41,997 nt of DNA from NCBI GenBank assembly GCA_000320545.1, contig ADNK01003537.1, positions 1 to 41,997 on the forward strand. The letters are read 5' to 3'. Each line of letters starts with the position of its first letter. The first letter of the stretch is position 1. Of the stretch, positions 24,009-34,234 are shown one piece after another. Made by a program: the position numbers and the translations under genes. This DNA comes from Bigelowiella natans CCMP2755 (taxonomy: Eukaryota > Protista > Cercozoa). The notes under the pieces are model-generated. The model did no database searches and was not told the origin of the DNA. It saw nothing but the letters and a program-made list of their open reading frames with translations.

Positions 24009-25832
24009 TTATAATAACGAAGAGAGTTTCTTTTTCATTCCGCCACCACTTACGGATGCTTTACCTCCCATCTTTTTCTTGAGCACATTTGCTCCCATTT
24101 TAAGAACGGCATCTTGAACTTTAGGATTAGAGGCAATATTTTTCACAGTTTTCCCAACTTTAGATGCTAAACTGCTGAAGAACCCTGAACCGACTAATTT
24201 GTTTTCAACATCACTTCCTCCAAATTGTGCTGATAATACATCCTGTTCTGTAATAAGGTTCTTAACAATCATAGAAGAACCTGCTACAGTCTTGAAAAAT
24301 CCTGATTGAGGGGTCATAACTACAAGTTGAAGGTTTGGAATAGCAACATCACCCATTGCTGTAGGTTTCATACAGGTTGCTTGGAGTTGTAGTGTGTAGT
24401 TTCCAATCACACCTGGTGCTTGAGAAGGGTTTAATTCAATATCTTTACCCATTTTAGCAATGACGAACCCACCGCTCGTGTGGATTTTTCTGCCTTTACT
24501 TCTACTGCTTCCAATATAGGTGTGGAAATCAATTTCTAATCCATTATCATAACTCATCTTGTATAATTTATCCACAGGCATTGTGTTTAAAAGACCGCTT
24601 CTGTTATCAAAGGTAATGTTTAAATTTGTGATGGGAAAATAGAATTCGTTTTCGGTCGCATCATATGTTGTTTTCTTAACAGCAATAATTAAACTATCAG
24701 GGATACTTGGTAATGTTATGGTGGATGATAATATGGTTTTACTGTTGTTTATCCCTTGAGGAAAACCATTACTATCAATAGTTCTATATGTAGGAAACTC
24801 CATATATGGGACAATATTTTCAGGACTGACTTTGAGGTCTAAAGCAGGAGTTAAATACACAACATCTATATAACTTTGTAAAAATGGTCCTGGTTTATTC
24901 GCTAATGTAACGAATTCTGCTCTACAGGTTATAGCACCTGCTTCAGCACCGATTCTGTTTCCATCGTAGCAGACTGCTCTACTTGGGTCTTTGAAATTGA
25001 TTTGGAGGGTAGCATTATTAACACCGTATAAACCTACACTATGATAATTCTCAGGAACATAGCATAAAGGACTAATCATAAGTTTCTCTTTGGATGTAAA
25101 TTTTAGGAAAAATTTATATTCTGCTTGGACTTGATTTCCAACTGCTCTTGCGACTGGTTCGCCATCTACATATGGATAAGCAACACCACCTATGTTCACA
25201 TTTCCATTAAAGTTGTCCGCTAAAACATTGCCATTTTCATCTACAAAGTTCACATCAAAATGTGCTCCATTCTTGTGGTAGAATTTATCGCCGTCAAAGA
25301 ACCCAGTAATACTATTATTGAATGCTCCTTTGCCTTCGCTATATTTTCCATAAGGTGATAAATAGGAAGGGCAAATCGCACTGCTACTATCATATTTTGG
25401 GTCAGTAGTCATTAGAAGCAACTGCTCGTTAATGGATTGGTCTAAATTGGTCGTAGATACTGTATCGTTGATTTGTAAACTCATTGTGGAAACCATTCTG
25501 TGTAAAGGGAAGTTGTTTAAGGATAAGATTTCACTTAAGGTTGCGATTTTAGCACCGGCAGCAGGGTTTCCATCCACACCAAAATCAACAGTAGTCTTAA
25601 AATCACCTCTGTTTAAGGTGACTAAAAGGGTGACCTCGGAGGTCCAGTTTATCTTTCGGTCAACGAAGACATTTAAAGAAGGTATGGTAATGTTATAGTT
25701 TTGATTACTCGCACTTGCGGATAAGGATTTAATCTGTTTGTTATTGACTGACATAGAACTCTTAGAGATTTTGTATTCAGGTGGTAACTGAACTGTTCTC
25801 GCATCATAAACTGCTTTCTTACTTAAATTCAT
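24009..25832 (-). CDS. Virophage major capsid protein (double jelly-roll)
   Basis: 607 aa. NITIPSLNVFVDRKI, FPLHRMVSTMSLQIND, LMISPL, TITLPSIPDSLII, ITNLNITFDNRSGLL and APGVIGNYTLQ segments; Gly/Lys-rich C-terminal tail; adjacent to the penton gene. Confidence 0.92.
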   Translation of the reverse strand: MNLSKKAVYDARTVQLPPEYKISKSSMSVNNKQIKSLSASASNQNYNITIPSLNVFVDRKINWTSEVTLLVTLNRGDFKTTVDFGVDGNPAAGAKIATLSEILSLNNFPLHRMVSTMSLQINDTVSTTNLDQSINEQLLLMTTDPKYDSSSAICPSYLSPYGKYSEGKGAFNNSITGFFDGDKFYHKNGAHFDVNFVDENGNVLADNFNGNVNIGGVAYPYVDGEPVARAVGNQVQAEYKFFLKFTSKEKLMISPLCYVPENYHSVGLYGVNNATLQINFKDPSRAVCYDGNRIGAEAGAITCRAEFVTLANKPGPFLQSYIDVVYLTPALDLKVSPENIVPYMEFPTYRTIDSNGFPQGINNSKTILSSTITLPSIPDSLIIAVKKTTYDATENEFYFPITNLNITFDNRSGLLNTMPVDKLYKMSYDNGLEIDFHTYIGSSRSKGRKIHTSGGFVIAKMGKDIELNPSQAPGVIGNYTLQLQATCMKPTAMGDVAIPNLQLVVMTPQSGFFKTVAGSSMIVKNLITEQDVLSAQFGGSDVENKLVGSGFFSSLASKVGKTVKNIASNPKVQDAVLKMGANVLKKKMGGKASVSGGGMKKKLSSLL

Positions 25833-25862
25833 ATATAATTACACCGAGAAAAAAAATTTAAA

Positions 25863-27152
25863 CTATTTTTGCTTTCGTTGAAACATTAGTTTTAGATGGA
25901 TGCTACTTTTGTTAGGCATTCGTATAGGGACTAAATCACCGGTCAACCGATGCTTCCAAAATGCCGAAATCTGTATACTTTTTAAGGGGATGTTCGCAGA
26001 GGTAAAGTTAATATATCTGTATTCACCGCTTGGAACATAGGTAATCGTTCCGCTATAATCATCGGCACTACTAATACCTACTGTCATATCACTAATAACC
26101 TTTTGGGAGGTATCTTGCCTACTATCGCTTACTTGCTGTTTGTCCACAAATTCTAAAGGTGTTCCTGTGATTTCACTCTCAATGGGAATGATATTGGTAG
26201 TAAATACAATCGCACTGACTGGACACCATAAACTGCTTACACTCTCATAGTCTTGGGATAAAATACTATATGTTTTATTTCCTTTGGTGAGTGAATGAAT
26301 GTCTAAATCATCCTCAATTGGTAGAATATCGTAGGCACATCCTGGTATAGACATATTTTCTACTATATCAGTAATCGTGCCTCTGTTATATTCTATAGTG
26401 TTTCTAAGGTCGCCTCCAATATAGTTGTGATGAAAATTGCTAAACAGTAAAAAGAGATTGCTGTTAAAAAACAATCTACCTTTCACATCAAAAATGGTAT
26501 TGTTGAACCTGTTGTTTTTCTTTCCGTGTATATCCTTGTCTAAATAAAGTTTAAATAACTGCGAACTTTCTTCATAATAAAGTATAGGTGCTTTGAGATT
26601 GTCTAAATGTGTTATTTCATCAGAAAGAAGACCTGGTACTTCTGCTTTACATTTAGCAATCAGGTTCTCGTGACATCGTTTGAGAGTTTTATTTATCAAG
26701 TGTGCTATATGACTATAGGTAGAGACATAGTAATAATTAGTAGATAAATCCATCTGCTTCCCTACAGTTGTGGGTGGACTGGTGTTTTTGTTCTGGGTTT
26801 CAAAATAGACAGTTTCGGTCTGAGACTTTTTGTGGTGTATCCCATTTTGAATAAAGTGGTAGAACAGAGTAATCTTGTAAATGGTCTTATTCGCATCGGT
26901 CTGGTCTCGCTCAATTTCAGGTATGAATATAGGGATTTCTCTACCTACACCATTTAATTGAAACCGAATGATGGAGAAATACCAACTGCTGACATCGTCT
27001 AATAATGCCTTTGATAGGGTGTCTGTATAACTTACCACAGGATTATCCTTATTGCTGTCTATGGTCTCGTTATTCACAATATCTAAATTGTAATAAAGGT
27101 GGTCTTGATGCTCCTTGTTAAAATTGTTCATAGCAAATACATAACTATTCAT
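25863..27152 (-). CDS. Virophage minor capsid protein (penton)
   Basis: HLYYNLDIVNN, YFSIIRFQL, IPIFIP, QDYESVSSLWCPVSAIVFTTNIIPI, YVPSGEYRYI and LKLMFQRK; immediately upstream of MCP. Confidence 0.9.
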   Translation of the reverse strand: MNSYVFAMNNFNKEHQDHLYYNLDIVNNETIDSNKDNPVVSYTDTLSKALLDDVSSWYFSIIRFQLNGVGREIPIFIPEIERDQTDANKTIYKITLFYHFIQNGIHHKKSQTETVYFETQNKNTSPPTTVGKQMDLSTNYYYVSTYSHIAHLINKTLKRCHENLIAKCKAEVPGLLSDEITHLDNLKAPILYYEESSQLFKLYLDKDIHGKKNNRFNNTIFDVKGRLFFNSNLFLLFSNFHHNYIGGDLRNTIEYNRGTITDIVENMSIPGCAYDILPIEDDLDIHSLTKGNKTYSILSQDYESVSSLWCPVSAIVFTTNIIPIESEITGTPLEFVDKQQVSDSRQDTSQKVISDMTVGISSADDYSGTITYVPSGEYRYINFTSANIPLKSIQISAFWKHRLTGDLVPIRMPNKSSIHLKLMFQRKQK

Positions 27153-27177
27153 TATTAATAAAATTTAGATAATTTTT

Positions 27178-27828
27178 TTAATATTTTAAATTGTTTTTTT
27201 TTATGTATTGTGATGCTTCAATGAACTTTAGTCCCTTATCTTTCATCAATTTCTTAATCAAAGCACCTCTTCGTTTCCTTGGGTCATTCGCTTTCAATGA
27301 TTTCTTCACTCGTTTACCTTTCCCTGATTTCTTTTCTTCGTCTATTATCACATTTGTTTTCTTATTCCCTTTGCTACTTTTCAACTTTTTATTTACCCTG
27401 TCCATTATCCTTTTCTTAAATTCTTTGTTGCTCTCCACCCACTGAAATAGCTCTTTTGGAGGTTTGTCTACCACTACCCAATCGTCTTTATTGTTGTCAG
27501 CACCTCCATAGTGGTATCCTTTTCCTTTGACTTTTTGAATGAGTGCCTTCACATTAATCTTTTTCTTCTTCTTCTTTTTGTGTTTAACTCCTGATGCCTG
27601 AACCACTTCATTCGCTACATCCAGGACAGGTGCTATCTCAGGTATTAATTTTTTACCTACTTTCATAGGTATTGAAAACCCCTTCTTAAATCCTTTGTGA
27701 AAGTCTTTCCAAAACCCAGTACCCATTAAATTCTTTAGTTGTTTAACTTCGTCATCCATTTCCATAATATTTTTAGCATAGTGTAATCCTAACTCTAATG
27801 CTCTTGATTTATCAGCATTTTGCGACAT
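27178..27828 (-). CDS. Basic, Lys-rich putative virion core protein, 216 aa
   Basis: GTGFWKDFHKGFKKGF amphipathic segment, GKG/GG motifs, C-terminal RGALIKKLMKDKGLKFIEASQYIKK; lies in the structural gene cluster. Confidence 0.7.
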   Translation of the reverse strand: MSQNADKSRALELGLHYAKNIMEMDDEVKQLKNLMGTGFWKDFHKGFKKGFSIPMKVGKKLIPEIAPVLDVANEVVQASGVKHKKKKKKKINVKALIQKVKGKGYHYGGADNNKDDWVVVDKPPKELFQWVESNKEFKKRIMDRVNKKLKSSKGNKKTNVIIDEEKKSGKGKRVKKSLKANDPRKRRGALIKKLMKDKGLKFIEASQYIKKNNLKY

Positions 27829-27895
27829 ATGTATATATATATAAATCATTAGATATTTTTTTTTTTTCAATAAAATTTTCTATATAATAATTAAT

Positions 27896-28663
27896 ATGGT
27901 GAAAAAATTTAAAGATGTCATTGATGAGAAAGAGTATTACATAGGTTCTGTGAATTCCTATAAGCAAAAACCTACAGACATAAACGAAAACCTAAAATTA
28001 AAATATAATAGTGATACTTTTGATGTATATATAGACGAGAAACTCAAAGTCATATTAATAACAATTAGAGGGACTAAACCTACAAGTATGGGTGATTTAT
28101 ATGCCGATTACAAGATTGCTTGGAATAATCTACAAGCAAGTAATAGATTTAAAACTGACATAAAGAGAATGGACGAAATAATAAAGCAATATAAACCCAG
28201 TCAATATCTGTATTTCATAACAGGTCATTCTTTAGGTGGAGCAATAGTGAATGAATTTATAAGGAGGTATCCTTTTATTAAATATGCTACAACCTTTAAT
28301 GGAGCATCTCAACCCCAAGATATAAAGATACAGAACAACGATAAGGTAAAGAGAATATACATAAACAAGGACTTTTTATATAGACTTAACAACGGATACA
28401 GATATGATAGGTTGAAGGTGTTGAAATACAATCCTGAGCAAGTTAGAAGTTTCTTTGATTTTGTGAAAAGAAGGTTTGACTATACCCCAACTATGCTAAA
28501 GGCACACAGTTTAGACCAACCTGCTTTCAGGAAACTATATAATTACGAAGATGGAAACCCAACGATAATACGGAACGACTATGTAGAAGGCGGATGTAAA
28601 AAGAAGAAGAAATGTGAGTGTAAATACAAAAAGATTATCTCTAAAATTATAAATCTCAAATAA
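27896..28663 (+). CDS. Class 3 lipase (alpha/beta hydrolase)
   Basis: ITIRGT, DLYAD and TGHSLGG nucleophile elbow; C-terminal AHSL. Confidence 0.9.
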   Translation: MVKKFKDVIDEKEYYIGSVNSYKQKPTDINENLKLKYNSDTFDVYIDEKLKVILITIRGTKPTSMGDLYADYKIAWNNLQASNRFKTDIKRMDEIIKQYKPSQYLYFITGHSLGGAIVNEFIRRYPFIKYATTFNGASQPQDIKIQNNDKVKRIYINKDFLYRLNNGYRYDRLKVLKYNPEQVRSFFDFVKRRFDYTPTMLKAHSLDQPAFRKLYNYEDGNPTIIRNDYVEGGCKKKKKCECKYKKIISKIINLK

Positions 28664-28670
28664 TATATAT

Positions 28671-29234
28671 ATGAATTTATGTAAGAATGTAGATTTCCAT
28701 AAAAGTTTAGATAATCTTGTCAGCAGTCTAAAATCATACCCTCTTTCCAATTATGATTTAACAAATGCTCACCCTAATATCAGGATAACTACATCTGCCG
28801 ACTTACCGAAATTGCGATTTGCCGACCAACTATTCAATGGTAATATCGGTGTCTTGTTGTGGTTGAATGAGGAGAATTCAGGACACTGGTTGGGTTTAAT
28901 ACGGAAACAGCACACGATAGAAATTTTTGATAGTTATGGATTTCCTTTTAAGAATATCAACAAGCACCTAAACTCCCAAATGAACATCTCGCCTGATGTG
29001 TTATTAAACCTTATTAAGAAAGGCGGATACAAACCTATATTTAATAAGAAAATATACCAAAACAGGACCGATAAAAGCAATGCTACTTGCGGAAAATGGG
29101 TTCTCTTAAGGTTCGCCTTCTCAAAATACAACCTTAAAGAGTTTGATAGGATTTTAAAACATATAAAAAATAAGACCTGTATCAATTCATTAGAATTGAG
29201 TGTTTTATATACAAATGAAATTTTAAATAAATAA
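28671..29234 (+). CDS. Virophage maturation cysteine protease (adenain/Ulp-like)
   Basis: SGHW (His), EIFDSYG (Asp), YQ...ATCGKW (Gln, Cys). Confidence 0.9.
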   Translation: MNLCKNVDFHKSLDNLVSSLKSYPLSNYDLTNAHPNIRITTSADLPKLRFADQLFNGNIGVLLWLNEENSGHWLGLIRKQHTIEIFDSYGFPFKNINKHLNSQMNISPDVLLNLIKKGGYKPIFNKKIYQNRTDKSNATCGKWVLLRFAFSKYNLKEFDRILKHIKNKTCINSLELSVLYTNEILNK

Positions 29235-29237
29235 TTA

Positions 29238-29241
29238 TCTA
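29238..29241 (+). promoter_or_regulatory. TCTA late-type promoter core (representative copy)
   Basis: TCT[A/C] in an AT-rich context, mostly 11-14 nt before the ATG of 13 genes. Confidence 0.65.
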
Positions 29242-29254
29242 AACTTATATATAT

Positions 29255-30919
29255 ATGAAAAAAAATAATGCTATGATAAAAGGACACGACGAGAAAAGAC
29301 GAATCCCTTTCTTTGATAACACACGAAGATTCATCTTACAGAGGGCAAAGCAGTCTATTGATTATAATAAGAAGAAAATGAATGAATACATCAATGGTAA
29401 ATCACTACCCAATATCCTTCCTCCAGATACACCAACAGGAGCATTTAACAGATTACACATCCAATCTCTCCATTCGGCGATGCCTATTGATAGCAATAGT
29501 GCTTATGTTACTACTAAAAGAGGTTCAGGTAGATACTACAACAACATTTTTAAAAATATGCTTGAAAATAAGAGGCAGTTTTTTGCTGAAAGAGATGCTC
29601 TTAAACAGGATTTATCCGTGGTAAAAGAAGATGATGAGAAACCTGCTACTGAAAAGGAAAGCATCTTCAAAGGCGAGAGTGTTTATGTAAAGATGCTTAA
29701 CCAAGTCGTTGATTTATTTGAGGAAGGTGATTACAGTGAGATAAAACTAACCTACTTACGAAATGCTTACTCACAACTCAAAAAGGAATACAACACGATA
29801 AAAAAAGATGATGTTGTTAAATATGCTAAATTTATCGCATCAGTGGTAAAGTATCATTTTGAAGGGAACAAAACATTCACTCGTAATGTTAAGGGCAAAC
29901 AACTTAGAGTGACTGCTAAGAGTTTTCCTAAATCAAAGTTAATGGTCTTCTTCAAGATATTAAATCTAAGTGTCATTATATTAGGCAATAAAAATAAGTC
30001 TGACGAGGAACTGAAAATCGTTATTGAAGGAAGTAGCAAGATGCTAAATGCCCCTAAAACTCCACAGGCAGGAAGAGACCTTTTCAATGATTTAAAGAGC
30101 AAGTATAATGTAAGCATTCCTACAATAGACTTGACAAATACAATAGAAGCAAGTTTAGGAGCAGAGGTAGATAAATCTATTAGAGATAAAGAAATTAATA
30201 GTGTTGCTACAGAATTACGGTCAACTGCTACTACTGGTAGGCAAATAGATAAAGATATTGTAGATAAATACCAAAAAGCAATTGATTCAGCATTTACTGG
30301 TAGCAATGACTTAGATGAAGTGAAGTCAGATGTAAGAAAGGATTTATTAGACAAAAACAAACATAAACTTGACAAGATTCCTAAAAATACTATGATTAAG
30401 GTCTTCAACAAGAATGTAAGAGTAGGGACATTCATCAACAACCTTCGTGCTTCCTTAAAGAAAACCGACACAGAAAGAGATACTAAAAATAAAGTAAGTC
30501 TTATTCTTAACGATGTTGAAAGTAAAAAAAATAGTGGTAATTTAACTCTAAAATATATGAAGCAAGTTCAAAAGGAGATAAATAAGAATTTCAAGGATTT
30601 GAACCCTAAAAACAAATTTACTTATGATGGTAAAAGTATTGATAAAAATGATGTTAAAAAGGTGATACAAGCAGAGGTTGATTCTTTTGGAAAAAGTGAA
30701 AGGAAAGAAAGAAATGCGATTGAAAGCAATCTGTTAAAGGTTGAAAAAAATGTTAAAGACGATGACTCGGTTTTACCTGAAGCGAAAACTGCTATAAATC
30801 TACTTAGGAAGAAGAAGCAGAATGAAGAGTATAGATTTTTTAACGAGGTATTAACAGCATCACAACTCATCAAAGTATTACAAGAATTAGTTGATGACGA
30901 AGAACCTGATAGTGATTAA
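29255..30919 (+). CDS. Large Lys-rich hypothetical protein, 554 aa (possibly structural)
   Basis: Long ORF between the protease and ATPase genes; TCTA motif 13 nt upstream. Confidence 0.8.
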   Translation: MKKNNAMIKGHDEKRRIPFFDNTRRFILQRAKQSIDYNKKKMNEYINGKSLPNILPPDTPTGAFNRLHIQSLHSAMPIDSNSAYVTTKRGSGRYYNNIFKNMLENKRQFFAERDALKQDLSVVKEDDEKPATEKESIFKGESVYVKMLNQVVDLFEEGDYSEIKLTYLRNAYSQLKKEYNTIKKDDVVKYAKFIASVVKYHFEGNKTFTRNVKGKQLRVTAKSFPKSKLMVFFKILNLSVIILGNKNKSDEELKIVIEGSSKMLNAPKTPQAGRDLFNDLKSKYNVSIPTIDLTNTIEASLGAEVDKSIRDKEINSVATELRSTATTGRQIDKDIVDKYQKAIDSAFTGSNDLDEVKSDVRKDLLDKNKHKLDKIPKNTMIKVFNKNVRVGTFINNLRASLKKTDTERDTKNKVSLILNDVESKKNSGNLTLKYMKQVQKEINKNFKDLNPKNKFTYDGKSIDKNDVKKVIQAEVDSFGKSERKERNAIESNLLKVEKNVKDDDSVLPEAKTAINLLRKKKQNEEYRFFNEVLTASQLIKVLQELVDDEEPDSD

Positions 30920-30961
30920 TATTTACTATAAAAAATAATATCTAATTTTTAATAATAAACT

Positions 30962-31821
30962 ATGCCTTATTTATTATTAAAAAAACTAAACAGAATAGAT
31001 GAAAATGAGAATAAGAACCTGAAACCCATAGCGATTGTTAAGAGTGAGAAGAAGGACAAAGACCCTTTACATAATGCTTTTTTATACTAGATATGGATGA
31101 TAAACCGAATTCAAAGAAGAAGACAAAGATTGAGTTGGATTTCCACCAAAAATTTGAGATACTACCGAACACAAATTCAGACAAGAGGGATGTTATGTAT
31201 ATTGCTGGTGCAAGTGGTTCAGGTAAAAGTTATATTACCAAACAGATAGTGAATAATTATGCGAAACTGTATCCTAAACGAAAAATATTTATAGTCTCTC
31301 GTTTAGATGAGGATGAAACATTAGATGGTATCAAAAGTAAAAATATTATAAAATTAGACATACCATCTTTAGTAGAGACACCATTTGATGTCAACAATCC
31401 ATTATTTTATAAAAGTTGTTTTATCGTTGATGACTGTGATGCTTTACCAGATAAAAATGAAGATAAAGCAGTTCAAGATTTAATAGACCAAGTGAGTTCA
31501 ATGGGCCGACTCCATCACAAAAAAAAAGACGAAGATGGTAATAACACAGGACAAGGTGGGATAAGTTTGTTTTTTATCACACACTTCTTATCAAATTACA
31601 AAAAAAGTCGATTGATTATGAATGAAGCAACCCATTATGTCCTTTACCCTCAATCAACGGCAACAAACCAATTATATTATGTGTTGAACAAGTATTTAGG
31701 CTTAGAGAGAAAAGAAATATCAAATTTAAAGAAAATGGGCTCTCGATGGGTAGTGACACATAAGAACTATCCTCAATACATAATAGGTCAATATTCCGCT
31801 GAAATCCTTCATCAAACTTAG
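30962..31821 (+). CDS. A32/FtsK-HerA-type packaging ATPase; the N-terminal 42 codons (30962-31090) are in a different frame (-1 shift needed)
   Basis: Walker A GASGSGKS, Walker B FIVDD, MGR arginine motif, ITH, RLIMNEA. The upstream segment KPIAIVK..FLY resembles virophage ATPase N-termini and carries the TCTA motif. Confidence 0.9.
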
Positions 31822-31859
31822 ATTTTAATAAAATATTTAATCAAATATGTTATTAAAAT
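31822..31859. terminator. Hairpin between the convergent ATPase and HNH genes (17-bp stem, 1 mismatch)
   Basis: ATTTTAATAAAATATTT-aatc-AAATATGTTATTAAAAT. Confidence 0.6.
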
Positions 31860-31861
31860 AA

Positions 31862-32686
31862 TTAACCAATAAATCTATTACCTTTGCTTCTATTTTCAGT
31901 AGCCCACAAGGGTTGAGTATTAGTATAATGCAATCGTTTAATGACTTCTTCTAAATCAGGTGCCTTACCCCCTGCTTTGTATCTAATAGGTGTAATGTGG
32001 TCTATCTCCCACATTCCGTAATTTTCCCAAGTCATACCTTCTTTAAATTTACTTTCTAAATATTTTTTATATTCTTTAATTGTTGTGCCTAAATATTTGA
32101 TGGAGCTTTTACTTTTGTTTGCTTTTAAAGCTCCTCTCACAGCATTTGAAACGGTAGATTGTAAGTATCCTAGTGGGTCGCAGATTTTACAAAATCTTTT
32201 TTGTATTCCGTGATTACAAATAGAACCACCTCCACAATTTTTACAATTTGTTCTTATTTTGTTGTGTTCACAAATGGAACCACCCTTACATTTTTTACAA
32301 ATACTTCTTATTTTGTTGTGTTCACAAATAGAAGCTCCTTTACATTCTTTACAAACATTTTTTTGTCTTCCGTGTTCACAAATAGAACCACCTTTACATT
32401 CTTTACATATACTTTTTCTTTTTCCGTGTTCGCATATTTGACTACCTCCACAACAGACACATCTATTTCTTCTCTTTCCGTGTTCACATTTGCTTTTTTG
32501 TCTCCATTTTTTATCACATTCTGCTTTTTTTTTTTTAACTTCTTCATTGTTTCTATACCTTTTTGCTGTTCTCCTACACTTAATACAAGTTTTTAATTTT
32601 CTCCCTTTCTCATTTAAAAAATCTTCAGGTAATCTATGACATTTGCACCTGTTACATTTTTCGTATTTGATTTCTTCATTACTCAT
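31862..32686 (-). CDS. HNH-type endonuclease with an N-terminal Zn ribbon and six 18-aa CxH..CxxC repeats
   Basis: CEHxxxxxxCKxCxGxSI repeats; GMTWENYGMWEIDHITP...HYTNTQPLWATENRSKG. Confidence 0.85.
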   Translation of the reverse strand: MSNEEIKYEKCNRCKCHRLPEDFLNEKGRKLKTCIKCRRTAKRYRNNEEVKKKKAECDKKWRQKSKCEHGKRRNRCVCCGGSQICEHGKRKSICKECKGGSICEHGRQKNVCKECKGASICEHNKIRSICKKCKGGSICEHNKIRTNCKNCGGGSICNHGIQKRFCKICDPLGYLQSTVSNAVRGALKANKSKSSIKYLGTTIKEYKKYLESKFKEGMTWENYGMWEIDHITPIRYKAGGKAPDLEEVIKRLHYTNTQPLWATENRSKGNRFIG

Positions 32687-32749
32687 TTCTCATACTTTTG
32701 TTAGTCATTATTTCTTTAAATAATATAATTATCTAACTCTATTGTATAT

Positions 32750-33064
32750 ATGGATAATAAAGAACTGGTCTTGGATGTGAAGCACTCACAAGAGTTCAAA
32801 AAGCGATTGGAGCAGGAGATACTACACAAAATGGAAGTGGAGGATGCGAAATTAGAGAACACATATCAATCTTGCTGTATGACTAGCGATAAACGAGCAT
32901 TAGAGTTTTTCTTAAAGAGCGGAGTCATATTTAGTGTGCTTGTGTTCAGTATGCTACAAGTTATTACAGTTAATAATTCGTCCGAGCGGAATGCTTTTTT
33001 AAATATAGTAATATTAATACTGGGTACATTCTTGCCGTCGCCAAAGATGAAGGATAATAAATAA
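32750..33064 (+). CDS. Small two-TM membrane protein
   Basis: Two hydrophobic helices ending LPSPK; TCTA motif upstream. Confidence 0.75.
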   Translation: MDNKELVLDVKHSQEFKKRLEQEILHKMEVEDAKLENTYQSCCMTSDKRALEFFLKSGVIFSVLVFSMLQVITVNNSSERNAFLNIVILILGTFLPSPKMKDNK

Positions 33065-33065
33065 T

Positions 33066-33300
33066 GTGAAGCAAAGCGAATACTGCGACTGCTATGTGCT
33101 GTGCTATGTGCTATATGCTGTGCCGTGCTATGTGCTGTGCTATGTGCTATATGCTGTGCCGTGCTATATGCTGTGCCGTGCTATGTGCCGTGCTATGTGC
33201 TGTGCTATGTGCTATGTGCTGTGCCGTGCTATATGCTGTGCCGTGCTATGTGCTGTGCTATGCTATGTGCTGACATGTGCGGATGCTGATATATGCGAAA
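33066..33300 (+). repeat. Minisatellite of TGTGC/CGTGC/TATGTGC units
   Basis: Direct reading; produces spurious CYVL/CAVL ORFs. Confidence 0.9.
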
Positions 33301-33315
33301 GCAACAAGTGTTTTA

Positions 33316-34080
33316 TTATTCTGCTTTAAGTTCACTTGCCATCAGTTGGTCATAATCTACATCATCCTCTTTTTCTTCATCATCAAACCTACTTTTGCCC
33401 CAAAATGCCTTTTGATGCACATTTCTCAAATCATCCAGTGTGACTGCTTTCCATTCTCGGTTTCTATTAACTTGAAACCAATATCTTTTTCCATTTTGTG
33501 TCACATAGGTAGTAAAACCTACTTTGTATTGCTGTGCATAACCCATCTCTCTTTCCACAAATTCCATTACCATTCTTGTCGCCGTTCTGATTTCTTCCTC
33601 TTTCATTTTTGGCAACAACCACTGCATAGTCTTGTCAATGTCTTCCAATGCTTCTTCCATTTCTGCTCTCTTTGATTTGAAAGTTGTCAACATATAATTC
33701 CATACCGCTCGTAATTGTCCCTCATATTGAAAATATCGCATACTGCCTTTCTGCATTTGGTTAAGTTTCTTCATTTCTTGACCATATATTTTACAAGAAC
33801 TCTTACGGATTTGTTCTATGTTGATTGCATCCTTCTTAATCTTCTTTTTGACACTTTCCAAATTAGCATACCATTGTGAAGCAATCCCATTTGATGCAAT
33901 TTGTGCAGGTTGTGAAAAGTTTTGAGGTTTGTAGGTCTCTATTTGCTTGACCTGTAATTGTAATGGTGCTTTTGGGTCACAGATTTCCATTTGTAATTTT
34001 AATTGTTTGCAAAGGGATGTCATCTTTGCATCGCCGTCGTTGACCCTAAGATTGCTCGTAGCATCACAAAGCATTCGCAT
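33316..34080 (-). CDS. Hypothetical protein, 254 aa
   Basis: Long ORF with plausible composition; no family recognised. Confidence 0.65.
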   Translation of the reverse strand: MRMLCDATSNLRVNDGDAKMTSLCKQLKLQMEICDPKAPLQLQVKQIETYKPQNFSQPAQIASNGIASQWYANLESVKKKIKKDAINIEQIRKSSCKIYGQEMKKLNQMQKGSMRYFQYEGQLRAVWNYMLTTFKSKRAEMEEALEDIDKTMQWLLPKMKEEEIRTATRMVMEFVEREMGYAQQYKVGFTTYVTQNGKRYWFQVNRNREWKAVTLDDLRNVHQKAFWGKSRFDDEEKEDDVDYDQLMASELKAE

Positions 34081-34234
34081 CTGGTTGCCGTTGTCAGCAC
34101 CGCCTTGTAGTCGCTTTGTGAGGTTTAATGGAGTGCTAAAGAAAGAATAATTAAATAATTAGTAACTATGTATCTCCTCCCCCTCTAATGGGTTGAAATT
34201 ACAAATTAAAATAAAATAAATATAAATATATATT

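Noticed and set aside
33066-33329. Cys-rich ORFs (CYVLCYVL / CAVLCA)
   Set aside because: Translations of a minisatellite.
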